Below are positions 24,633-36,150 of a DNA stretch of 64,000 nt, piece by piece; the first letter of the stretch is position 1; every line of letters begins with the position of its first letter. The notes beneath the pieces are model-generated. The model saw nothing but the letters and a program-made list of their open reading frames with translations, was not told the origin of the DNA and ran no database searches. Made by a program: the position numbers and the translations under genes. The stretch is from Octopus sinensis (taxonomy: Eukaryota), in the NCBI RefSeq assembly GCF_006345805.1, contig NC_043021.1:26722001-26786000 (forward strand), read 5' to 3'.

Positions 24633-26293
24633 TGATAAAACGGTAAGATAACAAAAGAAAGAAAGAGACCTCAATATTATGTAAATAGAGGAAATTTATC
24701 TATACAATATGTTACATTACTCGGTAGTCAGATAAAACTCTGAGTTTCAATGCCGAAGTGGAAATCCACAACACCATCTCTCTTCGGTTATCTGGCTATT
24801 TGAAAACGTTATGAAAAAATACCGTTAAAAATGAAGGGAAATTACTCTGTTATATACTCTGCTTTGCCTGCGTACTTATACATCGCTCGCATTTTTCGTC
24901 ATAAAAATTATATAAAAATACATAAAAATATATAAAAATACATAAAAATATATAAAATCTTCTTGGGACATAACACAGAAAGCATGTTCTATCCATTTTC
25001 TTTAGGGGACCAAAAACGTAACAGAAATTTAGTCACATGTGGGCATGATCCGAAAAGCTCTGTCCTTGTATTTAGACATGTGGTAGGGTCTAAGCTGCTT
25101 TTCCAGATAAGCCATCTCTCCATGTCGCATAAACCGCACCTTCCGCTGCCGTTAGTATAGGGCTTACATCTGGCCAAAATCTCCATTGTATGTTATAATC
25201 GACACCTTTATCTCTTAAAGACCAAATATGATTGGATAATTGTGTCGCTTTTCTTTTGTTCCAGTGCCTAAAGCTCAAAGTGTGGTTATTGACCTGGCCT
25301 TGAAATTACCCTCTGTCAGGCCCACGTATTTCTTCGTCGAAACGGTGTCTTTAGTGGTTATAGAGTTTACGGTAGCTTCATATATGATGGTCTTGGACAT
25401 GCAAGCTCCATTTAGCGGGCACAATTCTTTATTCCTGCATGAACAGCTGTTTTCTTCTTCTTGTGTTTTTTGTATGTTATGATTGATTATGTTTTTAAAA
25501 TTGGTAGTTGAACTAAAACTAATTTTTAAATTGTGTCTATTAAAGAGTTTCCTATAAGCATGGTTAACTGGAAAATGTCTATCTATCAGTGCTAGGAAAT
25601 ATTTACCTATATTGAAGGCCACCTCGGGTGAGTAAGGGGGCGTAAACCAGATGACCTTCCTATTTCTATTATTCCTTTTCCTTATTGTTGGGCTGGTGAT
25701 AGGTGTATATTTTATTTTTTCGCTAAAACCACTATCTTTTAAAGCTTTATTATAAACTGGGGCAACGCTATTGAAGATGTCCTCATTAGATGAGAGGCTA
25801 GAAATCCTCTTACTAATATTTTTAACTAAATTTTTGAATACTATAGGGGGATGGCATGAACCTACATTAATATAACTTAGTCTATCATTGGGCTTCCTAT
25901 AAGGCTTATAAATATTATTATTAAGATCTAAGGAAACGTCTAAGAAATTGACAACCGTCAGGTTAGTGTCTATAGTTATACTAAGTCCGAAGTGTTTCAT
26001 TAACTGGATAATATCCTTCCTAAAACGATCTTGTGCTGGTCCATTTGTATTAGCTGTTAAGGCGAGGGCATCATCTTTGTAGATGGCGAAATGTACGTTA
26101 GGGAATGTCTTACCGAAGGTATCTAGGAGAAAGAGTCCAATTAGATCACAGATGCCTGCCCCATCATATGAACCCATGCTCACATCGAAAGCGCCCTCCG
26201 TGTCGGTGTTTTTTACCCACTTTGCATTCTCACTGAAAAGTAATGTCTTTCTAGCATGGAAGATTATATCCTTATCATTGGTACTAATTTCTA
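24633..26293 (-). mobile_element. 5'-truncated inverted copy of the Naiad-like Penelope element (RT C-half, GIY-YIG, pLTR)
   Basis: Near-identical reverse complement of 27299-28880 plus about 70 nt more pLTR; FDVSMGSYDG..IYKDD..NFLDV..CSCRNKELCPLNGAC..IIY..YVG. Confidence 0.95.
24729..24794 (-). ncRNA. Hammerhead-like motif (U4C core) in the inverted Penelope pLTR
   Basis: CAGATAA-CCGAAGA-GAGATG...CATT-GAAA-CTCAGAG-TT^-TTATCTG. Confidence 0.55.
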
Positions 26294-26480
26294 ATATACA
26301 TAATTTACATAATATACTAATTTACATAATATTGAGGTCTCTTTCTTTCTTTTGTTATCTTACCGTTTTATCAATAAATCACCTCCCGGACGACGTTATT
26401 CTCAACTAAGAGCTAATACGACCTTTTTGGGATTATCGCCTAACATCGGTTGAGGACTCTCACAAACAAAAGAATCTAAT

Positions 26481-28589
26481 ATGGACGCATATCACATAGA
26501 TTATTCTATGAAAAATATACCGATCCCATCAAAGGATTTTTACTCTAAGAAACTTCTGCAAAAATTACTGATGTAATTAAGCGTATGAGATGGAAGGCTT
26601 TCTTTTTTGACACAGAAGCGAACACCAAGGAAAACATTTGCTATCGGATAAAATCCAAAAAATTCCCTCCTAGGATTAAAGGCTTGGAAGATTTCGAAGC
26701 GGACCTGCAGAAGATCATGAGCAAAATAAAGTTTCGTAAGTCTTTTAACAATTTCCAACATAAATTGAAAAAAGATATTGATCATATAAAAAGCTCCAAG
26801 AAAAAAGCACTTTTTTCGGATAAAACCAAGAACTTATACCTGGTAGATAACAGCAAATACACACAACTCTTACACAACAGCATCATTAATAATTATACTA
26901 AGGCTAGGGCACAGACATATAACGAAATTAATAAAGAAGCTAGCGTCATCGCCGCTAAACTTAAATTAGATAAAAAAATAGAAACCCTCCCCCAAAAAGA
27001 GGCCTTTATTACTATTAAAGACCACAAAGAAAACTTCCTTTCCAACCCTAAATGTAGGCTTATCAACCCAGCCAAGTCAGAACTAGGGATTATTAGCAAA
27101 GAAATTTTAGATAAAATAAATACGAAATTAAGACCGATACTAGGCTAGTGCAATGGTCCAATAGTATAGAAGTCGTAGACTGGTTAAAGCTATTAAGAAA
27201 GAAAAAAGCGAGGTTTACACAATTCGATATTGTTGATTTTTATGCCTCTATCTCTAAAGAACTGCTAGATAAAGCCCTAATCTTCGCTAGTGACTTCATA
27301 GAAATTAGTACCAATGATAAGGATATAATCTTCCATGCTAGAAAGACATTACTTTTCAGTGAGAATGCAAAGTGGGTAAAAAACACCGACACGGAGGGCG
27401 CTTTCGGTGTGAGCATGGGTTCATATGATGGGGCAGGCATCTGTGATCTAATTGGACTCTTTCTCCTAGATACCTTCGGTAAGACATTCCCTAACGTACA
27501 TTTCGCCATCTACAAAGATGATGCCCTCGCCTTAACAGCTAATACAAATGGACCAGCACAAGATCGTTTTAGGAAGGATATTATCCAGTTAATGAAACAC
27601 TTCGGACTTAGTATAACTATAGACACTAACCTGACGGTTGTCAATTTCTTAGACGTTTCCTTAGATCTTAATAATAATATTTATAAGCCTTATAGGAAGC
27701 CCAATGATAGACTAAGTTATATTAATGTAGGTTCATGCCATCCCCCTATAGTATTCAAAAATTTAGTTAAAAATATTAGTAAGAGGATTTCTAGCCTCTC
27801 ATCTAATGAGGACATCTTCAATAGCGTTGCCCCAGTTTATATAAAGCTTTAAAAGATAGTGGTTTTAGCGAAAAAATAAAATATACACCTATCACCAGCC
27901 CAACAATAAGGAAAAGGAATAATAGAAATAGGAAGGTCATCTGGTTTACGCCCCCTTACTCACCCGAGGTGGCCTTCAATATAGGTAAATATTTCCTAGC
28001 ACTGATAGATAGACATTTTCCAGTTAACCATGCTTATAGGAAACTCTTTAATAGACACAATTTAAAAATTAGTTTTAGTTCAACTGCCAATTTTAAAAAC
28101 ATAATCAATCATAACATACAAAAAACACAAGAAGAAAACAGCTGTTCATGCAGGAATAAAGAATTGTGCCCGCTAAATGGAGCTTGCATGTCCAAGACCA
28201 TCATATATGAAGCTACCGTAAACTCTATAACCACTAAAGACACCGTTTCGACGAAGAAATACGTGGGCCTGACAGAGGGTAATTTCAAGGCCAGGTTCAA
28301 TAACCACACTTTGAGCTTTAGGCACTGGAACAAAAGAAAAGCGACACAATTATCCAATCATATTTGGTCTTTAAGAGATAAAGGTGTCGATTATAACATA
28401 CAATGGAAGATTTTGGCCAGATGTAAGCCCTATACTAACGGCAGCGGAAGGTGCGGTTTATGCGACATGGAGAGATGGCTTATCTGGAAAAGCAGCTTAG
28501 ACCCTACCACATGTCTAAATACAAGGACAGAGCTTTTCGGATCATGCCCACATGTGACTAAATTTCTGTTACGTTTTTTGGTCCCCTAA
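26481..28589 (+). CDS. Penelope RT + GIY-YIG endonuclease (about 700 aa once three 1-nt frameshifts near 26560, 27148 and 27841 are corrected)
   Basis: MDAYHIDYSMKNIPIP..KRMRWKAFF..KCRLINPAKSELG..FDIVDFYASI..MGSYDG..IYKDD..YRKPN..HPP..CSCRNKELCPLNGAC..IIYEA..YVGLT..FKARFNNH..CGLC..LNTRTEL..CPH; the KNIPIP/RMRWKA N-terminus is typical of Naiad/Chlamys-clade PLEs. Confidence 0.9.
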
Positions 28590-28796
28590 AGAAAACGGAT
28601 AGAACATGCTTTCTGTGTTATGTCCCAAGAAGATTTTATATATTTTTATATATTTTTATATATTTTTATGTATTTTTATATAATTTTTATGACGAAAAAT
28701 GCGAGCGATGTATAAGTACGCAGGCAAAGCAGAGTTATAACAGAGTAATTTCCCTTCATTTTTAACGGTATTTTTTCATAACGTTTTCAAATAGCC

Positions 28797-28859
28797 AGAT
28801 AACCGAAGAGATGGTGTTGTGGATTTCCACTTCGGCATCTGAAACTCAGAGTTTTATCT
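28797..28859 (+). ncRNA. Hammerhead-like motif (U4C core) in the Penelope 3' pLTR
   Basis: AGATAA-CCGAAGA-GATG..GTGG attt CCAC..CATC-T-GAAA-CTCAGAG-TT^-TTATCT; predicted cleavage after 28853. Confidence 0.55.
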
Positions 28860-28888
28860 TGACTACCGAGTAATGTAACATATTGTAT

Positions 28889-28926
<38 letters not shown>

Positions 28927-28981
28927 CGAATGTGTAATAAAGATATACATACGTATATATATAGGTATTTACATATATATA

Positions 28982-29024
<43 letters not shown>

Positions 29025-29104
29025 ATATAGGTATAATATATATAATATATATAATATATATACGTATACATATATATATACCACCAGCACATACGTATAC
29101 ACAC

Positions 29105-29139
<35 letters not shown>

Positions 29140-29164
29140 CGTATACATACATACATATATAAAT

Positions 29165-29543
29165 GTAATGTTCGCGTAGCTACGTCAACATGGCTGTTTC
29201 GCTCGAACGGACCTTACTACGATCTTTTGACCCCAAGAGGACATCTCTTCTTGCTGGTTAATGATGCATAACTGGCTCCGATATATTGCTAGCAAGGGGA
29301 CGAACCCCTACCACCTTCGAGCGACGTGAGCAGAGTAACAGTTTGGTTTCGGACTATTTCTGTCTCTCCTCAGTACTAGACCCTTCGTCTGCTAGAGATG
29401 GCAGTAGCTCACGTCTGCTCAAATTGAATCGGAGCCAGTTATGCATCGTTAACCAGCTCGAAGAGATGTCCTCTTGGGGTCAAAAAATTGCAGTAAATTT
29501 CGCTTGAACGGAACAGCTATGTCGAAGTGGTTACGAACATTAC
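29165..29543. mobile_element. Foldback/MITE-like element, about 118-bp inverted arms
   Basis: 29165-29282 vs 29428-29543; inner TTTTGACCCCAAGAGGACATCTCTTC..GCTGGTTAA.GATGCATAACTGGCTCCGAT nearly perfect. Confidence 0.85.
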
Positions 29544-29596
29544 TAGTACAACCACTGCGATCATTTTAGAAGTCTCTTTTTAGCTTACACACGCGC

Positions 29597-29639
<43 letters not shown>

Positions 29640-29689
29640 ACACACACACACACGCACGCACGCACACGGACATTTAAAAATTTTTTTTT

Positions 29690-30080
29690 ATTTGTTTCAG
29701 TCATTTGATTGCGGCCATGTTGGAACAGTGTCTCAAAGGGTTTTAGTCGAGGAAATCAACCCCAAGACTTATTCTTTGTACGCCTAGTACTTATTCTATC
29801 GGTGTCTTTTGCCGAACCGCTAAGTTATTGAGCCATAAAAACACCAACATCGGTTGTCACGCGATGGTGGGTGAACGAACACAAATACAAAGACACACAA
29901 ACACATACATATATATAAATACGACGAGCTTCTTTCAGTTTCCGTCTACCAAATCCACTCACAAGGCTTTGGTCGACCTGAGGACATAGTAGAAGACACT
30001 TTCCCAAGGTGCCACGTAGTGGGACTGAACCCAGAACCATGTGGTTGGGAAGCAAGCTTCTTAGCACACAGCCACTCCTC
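29690..30080 (-). mobile_element. Full-length SINE-A
   Basis: Reverse complement of the 12006 consensus. Confidence 0.9.
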
Positions 30081-30149
30081 TTCAGTTTGCGTCTGTGAGA
30101 TGGTAGACCAGGTGGTTCAAAGCTATTGAGATACTTGTTAAGGATAGTT

Positions 30150-30810
30150 TACTATTTGTTTGGTGAAGGAAGTTCAAAAGATTATCGATAAACCTTTAAA
30201 ATTTTATTGCCATCCACTTGTTTAATAATTTCTTGATTGATCACGTTATAGCTTGTTGGCGAGAAGCGGATATTGATATTTCACCAGTATCGCGGGAGTA
30301 GCTAACCTTAACGTTGTGGCTATTAAAGAGTTTACGATACTGATGGTTCCTTGAGAAATGCTATCTAATTAGGAACAGGGAACTTCTGGTGGAAACATCT
30401 ATACAGCATGAAGGATTGAACCAAATGGCTTTCCTTTTCTTACTTTCTTCAGGTTTGGCGTGGGGGATCCTCCGTTTACAGCAACATCAGTAAAACTATT
30501 CCTCGCTAGTGCTTCGCTATAAATGAGGGCAGCCAAGGCGAAGTCTTTTCTTTTTTGCGATTTATTGGAGATTCGTCGACTGAAAACTGTGACTAGGTTC
30601 CTAATTATATCAGGTGGTTGATTGAGGATTCTACGGATGCGAAGTTTCCTCAGTATTTTTCTGTAGGGATAAGCATTTGTCGTCTGTCATGAGGTCGTCT
30701 AGGGTGATATCCAAGAAGTCAGTCTTGGTTAGGTCGGTGATGATAGTCATACTCAGGCAGAATCTTTTGAAGGTATGTTTATAAGATTCTTTGTGAATTT
30801 ATCCATGACG
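30150..30810 (-). mobile_element. Old decayed Naiad-like Penelope RT fragment
   Basis: FKRFCLSMTIITDLTKTDFLDITL..YRK..NQPPDIIRNL..RRISNKS..YSEAL. Confidence 0.6.
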
Positions 30811-31049
30811 TAGGCGTTCATATTGCTCCTAAAAAATCTGGGGCAACGGTAAAAAGAAAAACTATGTAGGGAAAAATATTGTACCAAGATGATTTAAGAG
30901 TAAACCTTATACATGAGTGTAACATGTACACAAGCAAATACATTATATACATACATAGAAGTTCTCTTTTTGTCTTAGATTTAGAATACATTTTGACCGG
31001 CCATCTGCTTGGTAGCAAAATTGCGAAGGAAAGCGTATTGTTTCGTTCA

Positions 31050-31250
31050 TCATCCTTTAAATCTTAAGAAAGTCTTGCAGATTTCAATTGTCCCACATAT
31101 CGCGATCATTTGTAGCATTTGAATTAAGGATTTGCGTTCTCTTCCCAAGAGTTCAATTTCAGTCGTACTTTGCTCCAGACGGGTCGGTAGGTATCCTGTT
31201 GTTCCAGTAATAATTGGTAAAAAGCTGAAAATGCATCTTGGATACGGGAT
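31050..31250 (-). mobile_element. R4/Dong-like RLE C-terminal remnant
   Basis: LIQMLQMIAICGTIEICKTFLRF resembles the LQK.AILGT..I.R.FL terminus. Confidence 0.45.
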
Positions 31251-31968
31251 TTGCGAACTGTACGTATGTATGAATGTATGTATGCGTGTATGTATGTAGG
31301 TATACATTCATGCATGTATGTATAAATGACAGCATGCATGTATGTATATATGTATGCATGCATGTATGTATGTATTATGTATTATGTATGTATGTATGCA
31401 TATATGTAGGTACGTACGCATGCATATATGTATACCTGCATGTAAGTGTGTACTCATGTGTGTACACATGCATGTATATATGTATGTATGTATGCATGCA
31501 TTTACGTATATATGTATGTATGTATGCATGCATGCACGTAAGTATGTATGTATGCATGTGTGTTTGTATGTGCGTACGTATGTATGCATGCATATATGTA
31601 TATATGTGTGTATGTATGTATGTATGTATGTATGTATGTATGTATGTATGTATGTATGTATGTATGTATGTATGTATGTATACAGTAAATGTTCGTCTCT
31701 GATTCTACTAGTAATTCTACCACACTAATACTTGACATATTTTAATTAATCTTTTTGAAAACGAAGGAAAAGAGAAGAAACAAATGGTCAAAATGAAAAA
31801 CACGAAAATCAGGTTTACTTGCCAAACTTGTTTTTGTTTACAACAAACAATAACAACAACACCACCAACAACAACAAAAAAATGATTAAAAATAGTGAAA
31901 ATACATCCGAGAGTACAATAGTTTCTCTCTAGACAATCCTACAAAGTTGTTTATTATTATTATTATTA

Positions 31969-32062
<94 letters not shown>

Positions 32063-32600
32063 TGTTCAGTCACGTCACACTAAAATTCGTTCTTGCTCGA
32101 CCCTTCCCACTTTGCTTCAATGTAAATTTTAACAGTTATATTTCCTGTGATTTTTTTTCCTTTTGCTTTTAACAAAACGAAAACAATTGATCGTCTTGTT
32201 CTTTTTTTTTTTATTTCATTTAATTTTATATTTCTTCTTATATGTTTTTTTTTCAATCCTCTTTTTTCATTTAAGAATTTATTTATTTATTTTAACCTGT
32301 GACGTTTTCGTCCGTTGTCATTGTTTATTTGGAGAGTGAACACCCAGAAATACATACATTAACATGAAAAGCAGATTGTCAAACTGATCAAAAATTCTTT
32401 TCAAACGCTTTAAAGTGTCGGCTTTTATTTATTTATTTATTTATTTATTTACTTATTCATTCATTCATTCGTTTGTCACAGCAATGGTATTGTTGAACGT
32501 AAGCAAGAAGGGAGGCGTTCAAGTGGATTTACCGTTAACTGTTAGCGATTTTGATAAAGATTGCAGTCAAAACGACATGTATGCTTAATGTACTGCTTAC

Positions 32601-32611
32601 TGATTGCGTCG
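32601..32611 (-). CDS. Candidate 11-nt microexon
   Basis: CTGTGCTTTCTTCATTCTTTATTTTTAG|CGACGCAATCA|GTAAGC, with UGC in the polypyrimidine tract. Confidence 0.25.
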
Positions 32612-32639
32612 CTAAAAATAAAGAATGAAGAAAGCACAG

Positions 32640-33080
32640 AAAACAGGTTTATCACAAAGATGGCCTGGATGGAACTAAACAGACGACATGGGTACCGTCG
32701 GGTGTGCGGACCTGCGCCCATGCAGCGCGTAGTTGTGGTCCCCCTTTGTCAGTATATTTCCTGGTGCTCCTGTGCAGTTTGTCCCCACCCCCGCAAGATA
32801 CTTTTACATCTGCCGTGATCTTACGGTATATGGTCGACCCACATGAGCCGTCAACGCAGCCAGGTCCTCAGGGAAGAGAACATGGTAAGCTGGGTCCTAA
32901 GTTGGAAAGTCGAGCAACATGGTCGAACAGTTTAAGTTGGCGCGGCACTCCCGAACCATATAAGGATGCATCCGTGTCGTTGGTTGGATACGACATTCGA
33001 CCAATGGCAGCCCATAATTCTGCAAAACGTCCTGGTACCAAAGAAGTTCAGACGGCCCCTAAGGGCCCCGGACAGTGTCC
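32640..33080 (+). repeat. Unclassified GC-rich repeat-like segment ending in an (AAT)n tail
   Basis: Sharp GC shift; ends GGACAGTGTCC-AATAATAAT; no recognisable protein. Confidence 0.35.
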
Positions 33081-33362
33081 AATAATAATAATATTAATAA
33101 TAATATGTATGTGTGTGTGTGTGTGTGTGTGGTGTGTGTGTGTGTGTATATATATAAATTAAATTAGAGATAAAACCACTATTAGGCAACTCAATAATAA
33201 TAATAAACTTTTATCTCTAATTTAATTTATATTTATACTGTGAAATTTGATTAAATCCTAAATCTAATTTTTCCCTGTAAGTTTGGATATACTCCCTAAT
33301 ATTATTATTATCATTATTATTATCATTATTATTATTATTATTATTATTGTTATTATTATTAT

Positions 33363-33436
<74 letters not shown>

Positions 33437-33449
33437 AGCATATGTGGGT

Positions 33450-34680
33450 ACAAGATATCATATTTGAAAATGTTTCTAAATGTGTTAACATATTGGGTGT
33501 AACATTAAATTTAGATAACGGCTTATTCTTCCCCTATCATAAGCCTAACAAAACTATTAAGTATATCCAAGCCTTATGAAATCATCCCCCAAAGTGTCAT
33601 TAAGGGGATAATTAAAGGTATGTCGATAAGAATATCTAATTTATCCGCTAATGACAAAATATTTAACGAGTTTGCACCCCTTTAGTCAGCGGTTTTAACA
33701 GTAAAATATACGATATTAAAAACACAATATTTAAAGACAAATCAGGCAAACAGTTTCCAAATGTTACGAATTCTAACATTGACACACATCCTATGAACAA
33801 TTCCACACAATATAGAAACCAACAACACTTTAGAAGACTCTGTAGATTTTTCAAGTATAGCAAAAACGATACGGGGCAGAATAGGAACTGTTCTGGAAGG
33901 AAACTGAAAGTTGTATGGTTTACACCCCACTCCTCCCTTCAGGTAAGAAGCCTCCCTAAGGTATTTTTTAGCATTATCAATAGGAACTTCCCACCTGGTC
34001 ATAAATACCATTCTATATTTAATAGATCTTGTCTCAAATTATCCTATTCTACCACACCCAATCTTGGATCTATCATCGCAGCCGATAATATAGACAACAA
34101 ATATTTTTCAACGTTTAAATTTTTCAAAAATAATTAAACTCTAGGATTCTAATTTAGCCTTCCTTCATATTATGGACTCTTTTAAAATTTCATATTATAT
34201 ATAGCGCCGTAATACATTTCAGCCTTTCAACATCTTATACCCAAAGAAAATGGTCCGATCAAACATTCGATTTTTAAAAACCATTTAACCCACCATTTCT
34301 TTTAAAGCTTTTGTGAATCTATTCGCTCTGATGAGAGAAATATAGAGTGCTGCTATGGTTTGAGTTAGCTCGCTCAGAGCAACCAATATCTTTTCGAAAC
34401 TGTCGTAAGACTTTACACATAGATTTTGTACGTTTCAGATTCCGTATGAATCATTTTACATTCGCTTTATCCTCCTCTTCATTGATTCAAATTCGAACAC
34501 CCGGACTTTGCAAGGACATTTATGGATTTATATTTTTATATATTTATATTTAGGAATTTTTTATGTGTTTATAAATTTTTATAGGTCTATGAATTTTTAT
34601 ATATTCATAAATTTTCGTGTATATGTATGTATTTATAAATTCTTTCGAAATTTTTTATATATCATATAGGTGATATATAA
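33450..34680 (+). mobile_element. Decayed Naiad-like Penelope 3' half with pLTR
   Basis: VNILGVTLNL..PYHKPN..NHPP..RISNLSAN..VVWFTPH..FPPGHKYHSIFNRSCLKLSYSTTPNL; homologous to 27600-28100. Confidence 0.8.
34325..34411 (+). ncRNA. Hammerhead-like motif with long stem II (decayed stem I)
   Basis: CTGATGA(34328)-GAGAAATAT...ATATCTTTTC-GAAA-CTGTC-GTA^(34407)-AGAC. Confidence 0.55.
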
Positions 34681-34699
34681 ATTTGTCTTCTCGCCTCCT

Positions 34700-34905
34700 T
34701 AATTTTATATATATAGATGTGTGTGTGTGTGTGTGTTTGTGTGTATCCCCATCATCGCTTGACAACCGATGTTGGTGTGGTTACGTCCCCGTAACTTAAC
34801 GGTTCGGCAAAAGACACCGATAGAATAAGTCCTGGCGTCAATTTCCTCGACTAAAGGCAGTGCTCCAGCATAGCCGCAGTCACATGACTGAAACAAATAA
34901 AAAAG
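34700..34905 (-). mobile_element. SINE-A 3' body
   Basis: CGCTTGACAACCGATGTTGGTGTG..TAACGGTTCGGCAAAAGACACCGATAGAATAAGTCC..CAGCATAGCCGCAG (strand call approximate; body matches the 12210-12380 block). Confidence 0.7.
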
Positions 34906-34924
34906 AAGATATGTATATATATAT

Positions 34925-35110
34925 ATAATTGAAATTTAGAGAAAAACAAAAGGCGAAGACAGGTGTATAAGCAACAAACAGGTGTATTAGTTTAATGCTC
35001 AGGAAGGTGAGAAAGTCTTTTACGTTTCGAGCCTACACTCTTCAACAGAAGGGAACACAGAAATAAACAAAGAGAGGATAAAAAAAACTTATAGAGTTAG
35101 CGGTCAACAT
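34925..35110 (-). mobile_element. PLE-N non-autonomous repeat with hammerhead-like motif 35016-35052
   Basis: Reverse complement CCCTT-CTGTTGA-A-GAG tgtagg CTC-GAAA-CGTA^-AAAGA. Confidence 0.6.
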
Positions 35111-35414
35111 ACATACATACATACATACATACATACATACATACATACATACATACATACATACATACATGCATACATACATACATACATACATACATAC
35201 ATACATACATACATACATACATACATGCATACATGGTGGCTGCCCCCTCGTTATCGAGTATGGCCATTGCACGAAGCTTAATCAGTGTCGTTATCGTGCA
35301 ATGCCTGTGCAAGAATATTTTTTTTAAAGTGAGGAAAGGCTGTGCACGGAGTCAATCCCACTCACTAAGCAACGGCAGCCATAATCCGAAAAGAAGAACA
35401 AGTCAACATCATCG

Positions 35415-35755
35415 GTAACCACTGAGCCGCAGGTTTTATGTCGGAGTTATTCCAGTTACCTGAGTTACCTTCTCCTAGAAGGATGCCCTAACAAAGGCTA
35501 GGAGTCCTTCAATCCAAATATTTCTATGTCCCCGCGCATGATACAGCCTTAAGGCATTTATTGGATGGCCGTTGACTCTCAACAGTTCCTCCGCCCTTTG
35601 ACGGGTTTTGTTTTTCATCCCGCAGGGTGTCCAATAAACACCCTCCTCACCAAGCAAGCTTGGTGGGGTTGCCAGTTTAGTCGCCGACGACCCGACGATG
35701 CAACAGGTTGTACTGGGTTACATGTTACCAGTAGCACTCGAAAGTGACCTGACAT
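35415..35755 (-). mobile_element. RTE-type LINE 5'UTR-like repeat
   Basis: GCTACTGGTAACATG..GTCGGCGACTAAACTGGCAACCC..GGAGAAGGTAACT; second copy 50528-50722. Confidence 0.45.
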
Positions 35756-35829
<74 letters not shown>

Positions 35830-36150
35830 ATTTTCTTATTCAAATTCTCTTCCGACAGCCGAGGCACCCAGTTTGTATTCACTTTCTAATTCCCAAAGCC
35901 TTCCGCCATCTTTCGTAAGGCTCTGTGACCACTGTCCAGTTGTGTAGCAAACGAAATGTCGACTGTACATATTTTGACTTCCGGTCAGAAAATGACCAAA
36001 CATTGATGCTTATCGACCATGAAGGACTTAGGCATGGAAACACCTTTTACAATAGCCATGAGTAAGAACTGTGTTTAATAGAGCATGATGCAGTGTTTCA
36101 ACCCTACTTAAGGCAAAGAACACCACCTCAGTCCCTTTATTGTTCGAACA
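35830..36150 (-). mobile_element. Highly decayed mariner N-terminal remnant
   Basis: ..RKMAEGFGN*KVNTNWVPRLSEENL resembles the HTH and WVP motif. Confidence 0.35.

Larger units (their letters stand above)
26318..28880 (+). mobile_element. Near-full-length Penelope-like element, Naiad-type
   Basis: pLTR tail at the 5' end (26319-26376, matches 24633-24690 in reverse), ORF, 3' pLTR with hammerhead. Confidence 0.95.

Noticed and set aside
28135-28190. Selenocysteine (UGA) in the Naiad Cys motif, as reported for some Naiad PLEs
   Set aside because: The motif reads TGT TCA TGC..TGC..TGC (CSC..C..C) in both arms; no in-frame TGA
32482-32498. Plus-strand 17-nt microexon; also plus-strand exon-like segments at about 20442-20503, 35849-35904 and an acceptor at 48066
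   Set aside because: No consistent phase chain or recognisable product; shows how often splice-like signals arise by chance here
35660-35750. HDV-like ribozyme in the RTE-type 5' repeat (CTAA before a P2-like strand)
   Set aside because: Too few nucleotides between the putative P2 strands to hold P3, L3, P1 and P4
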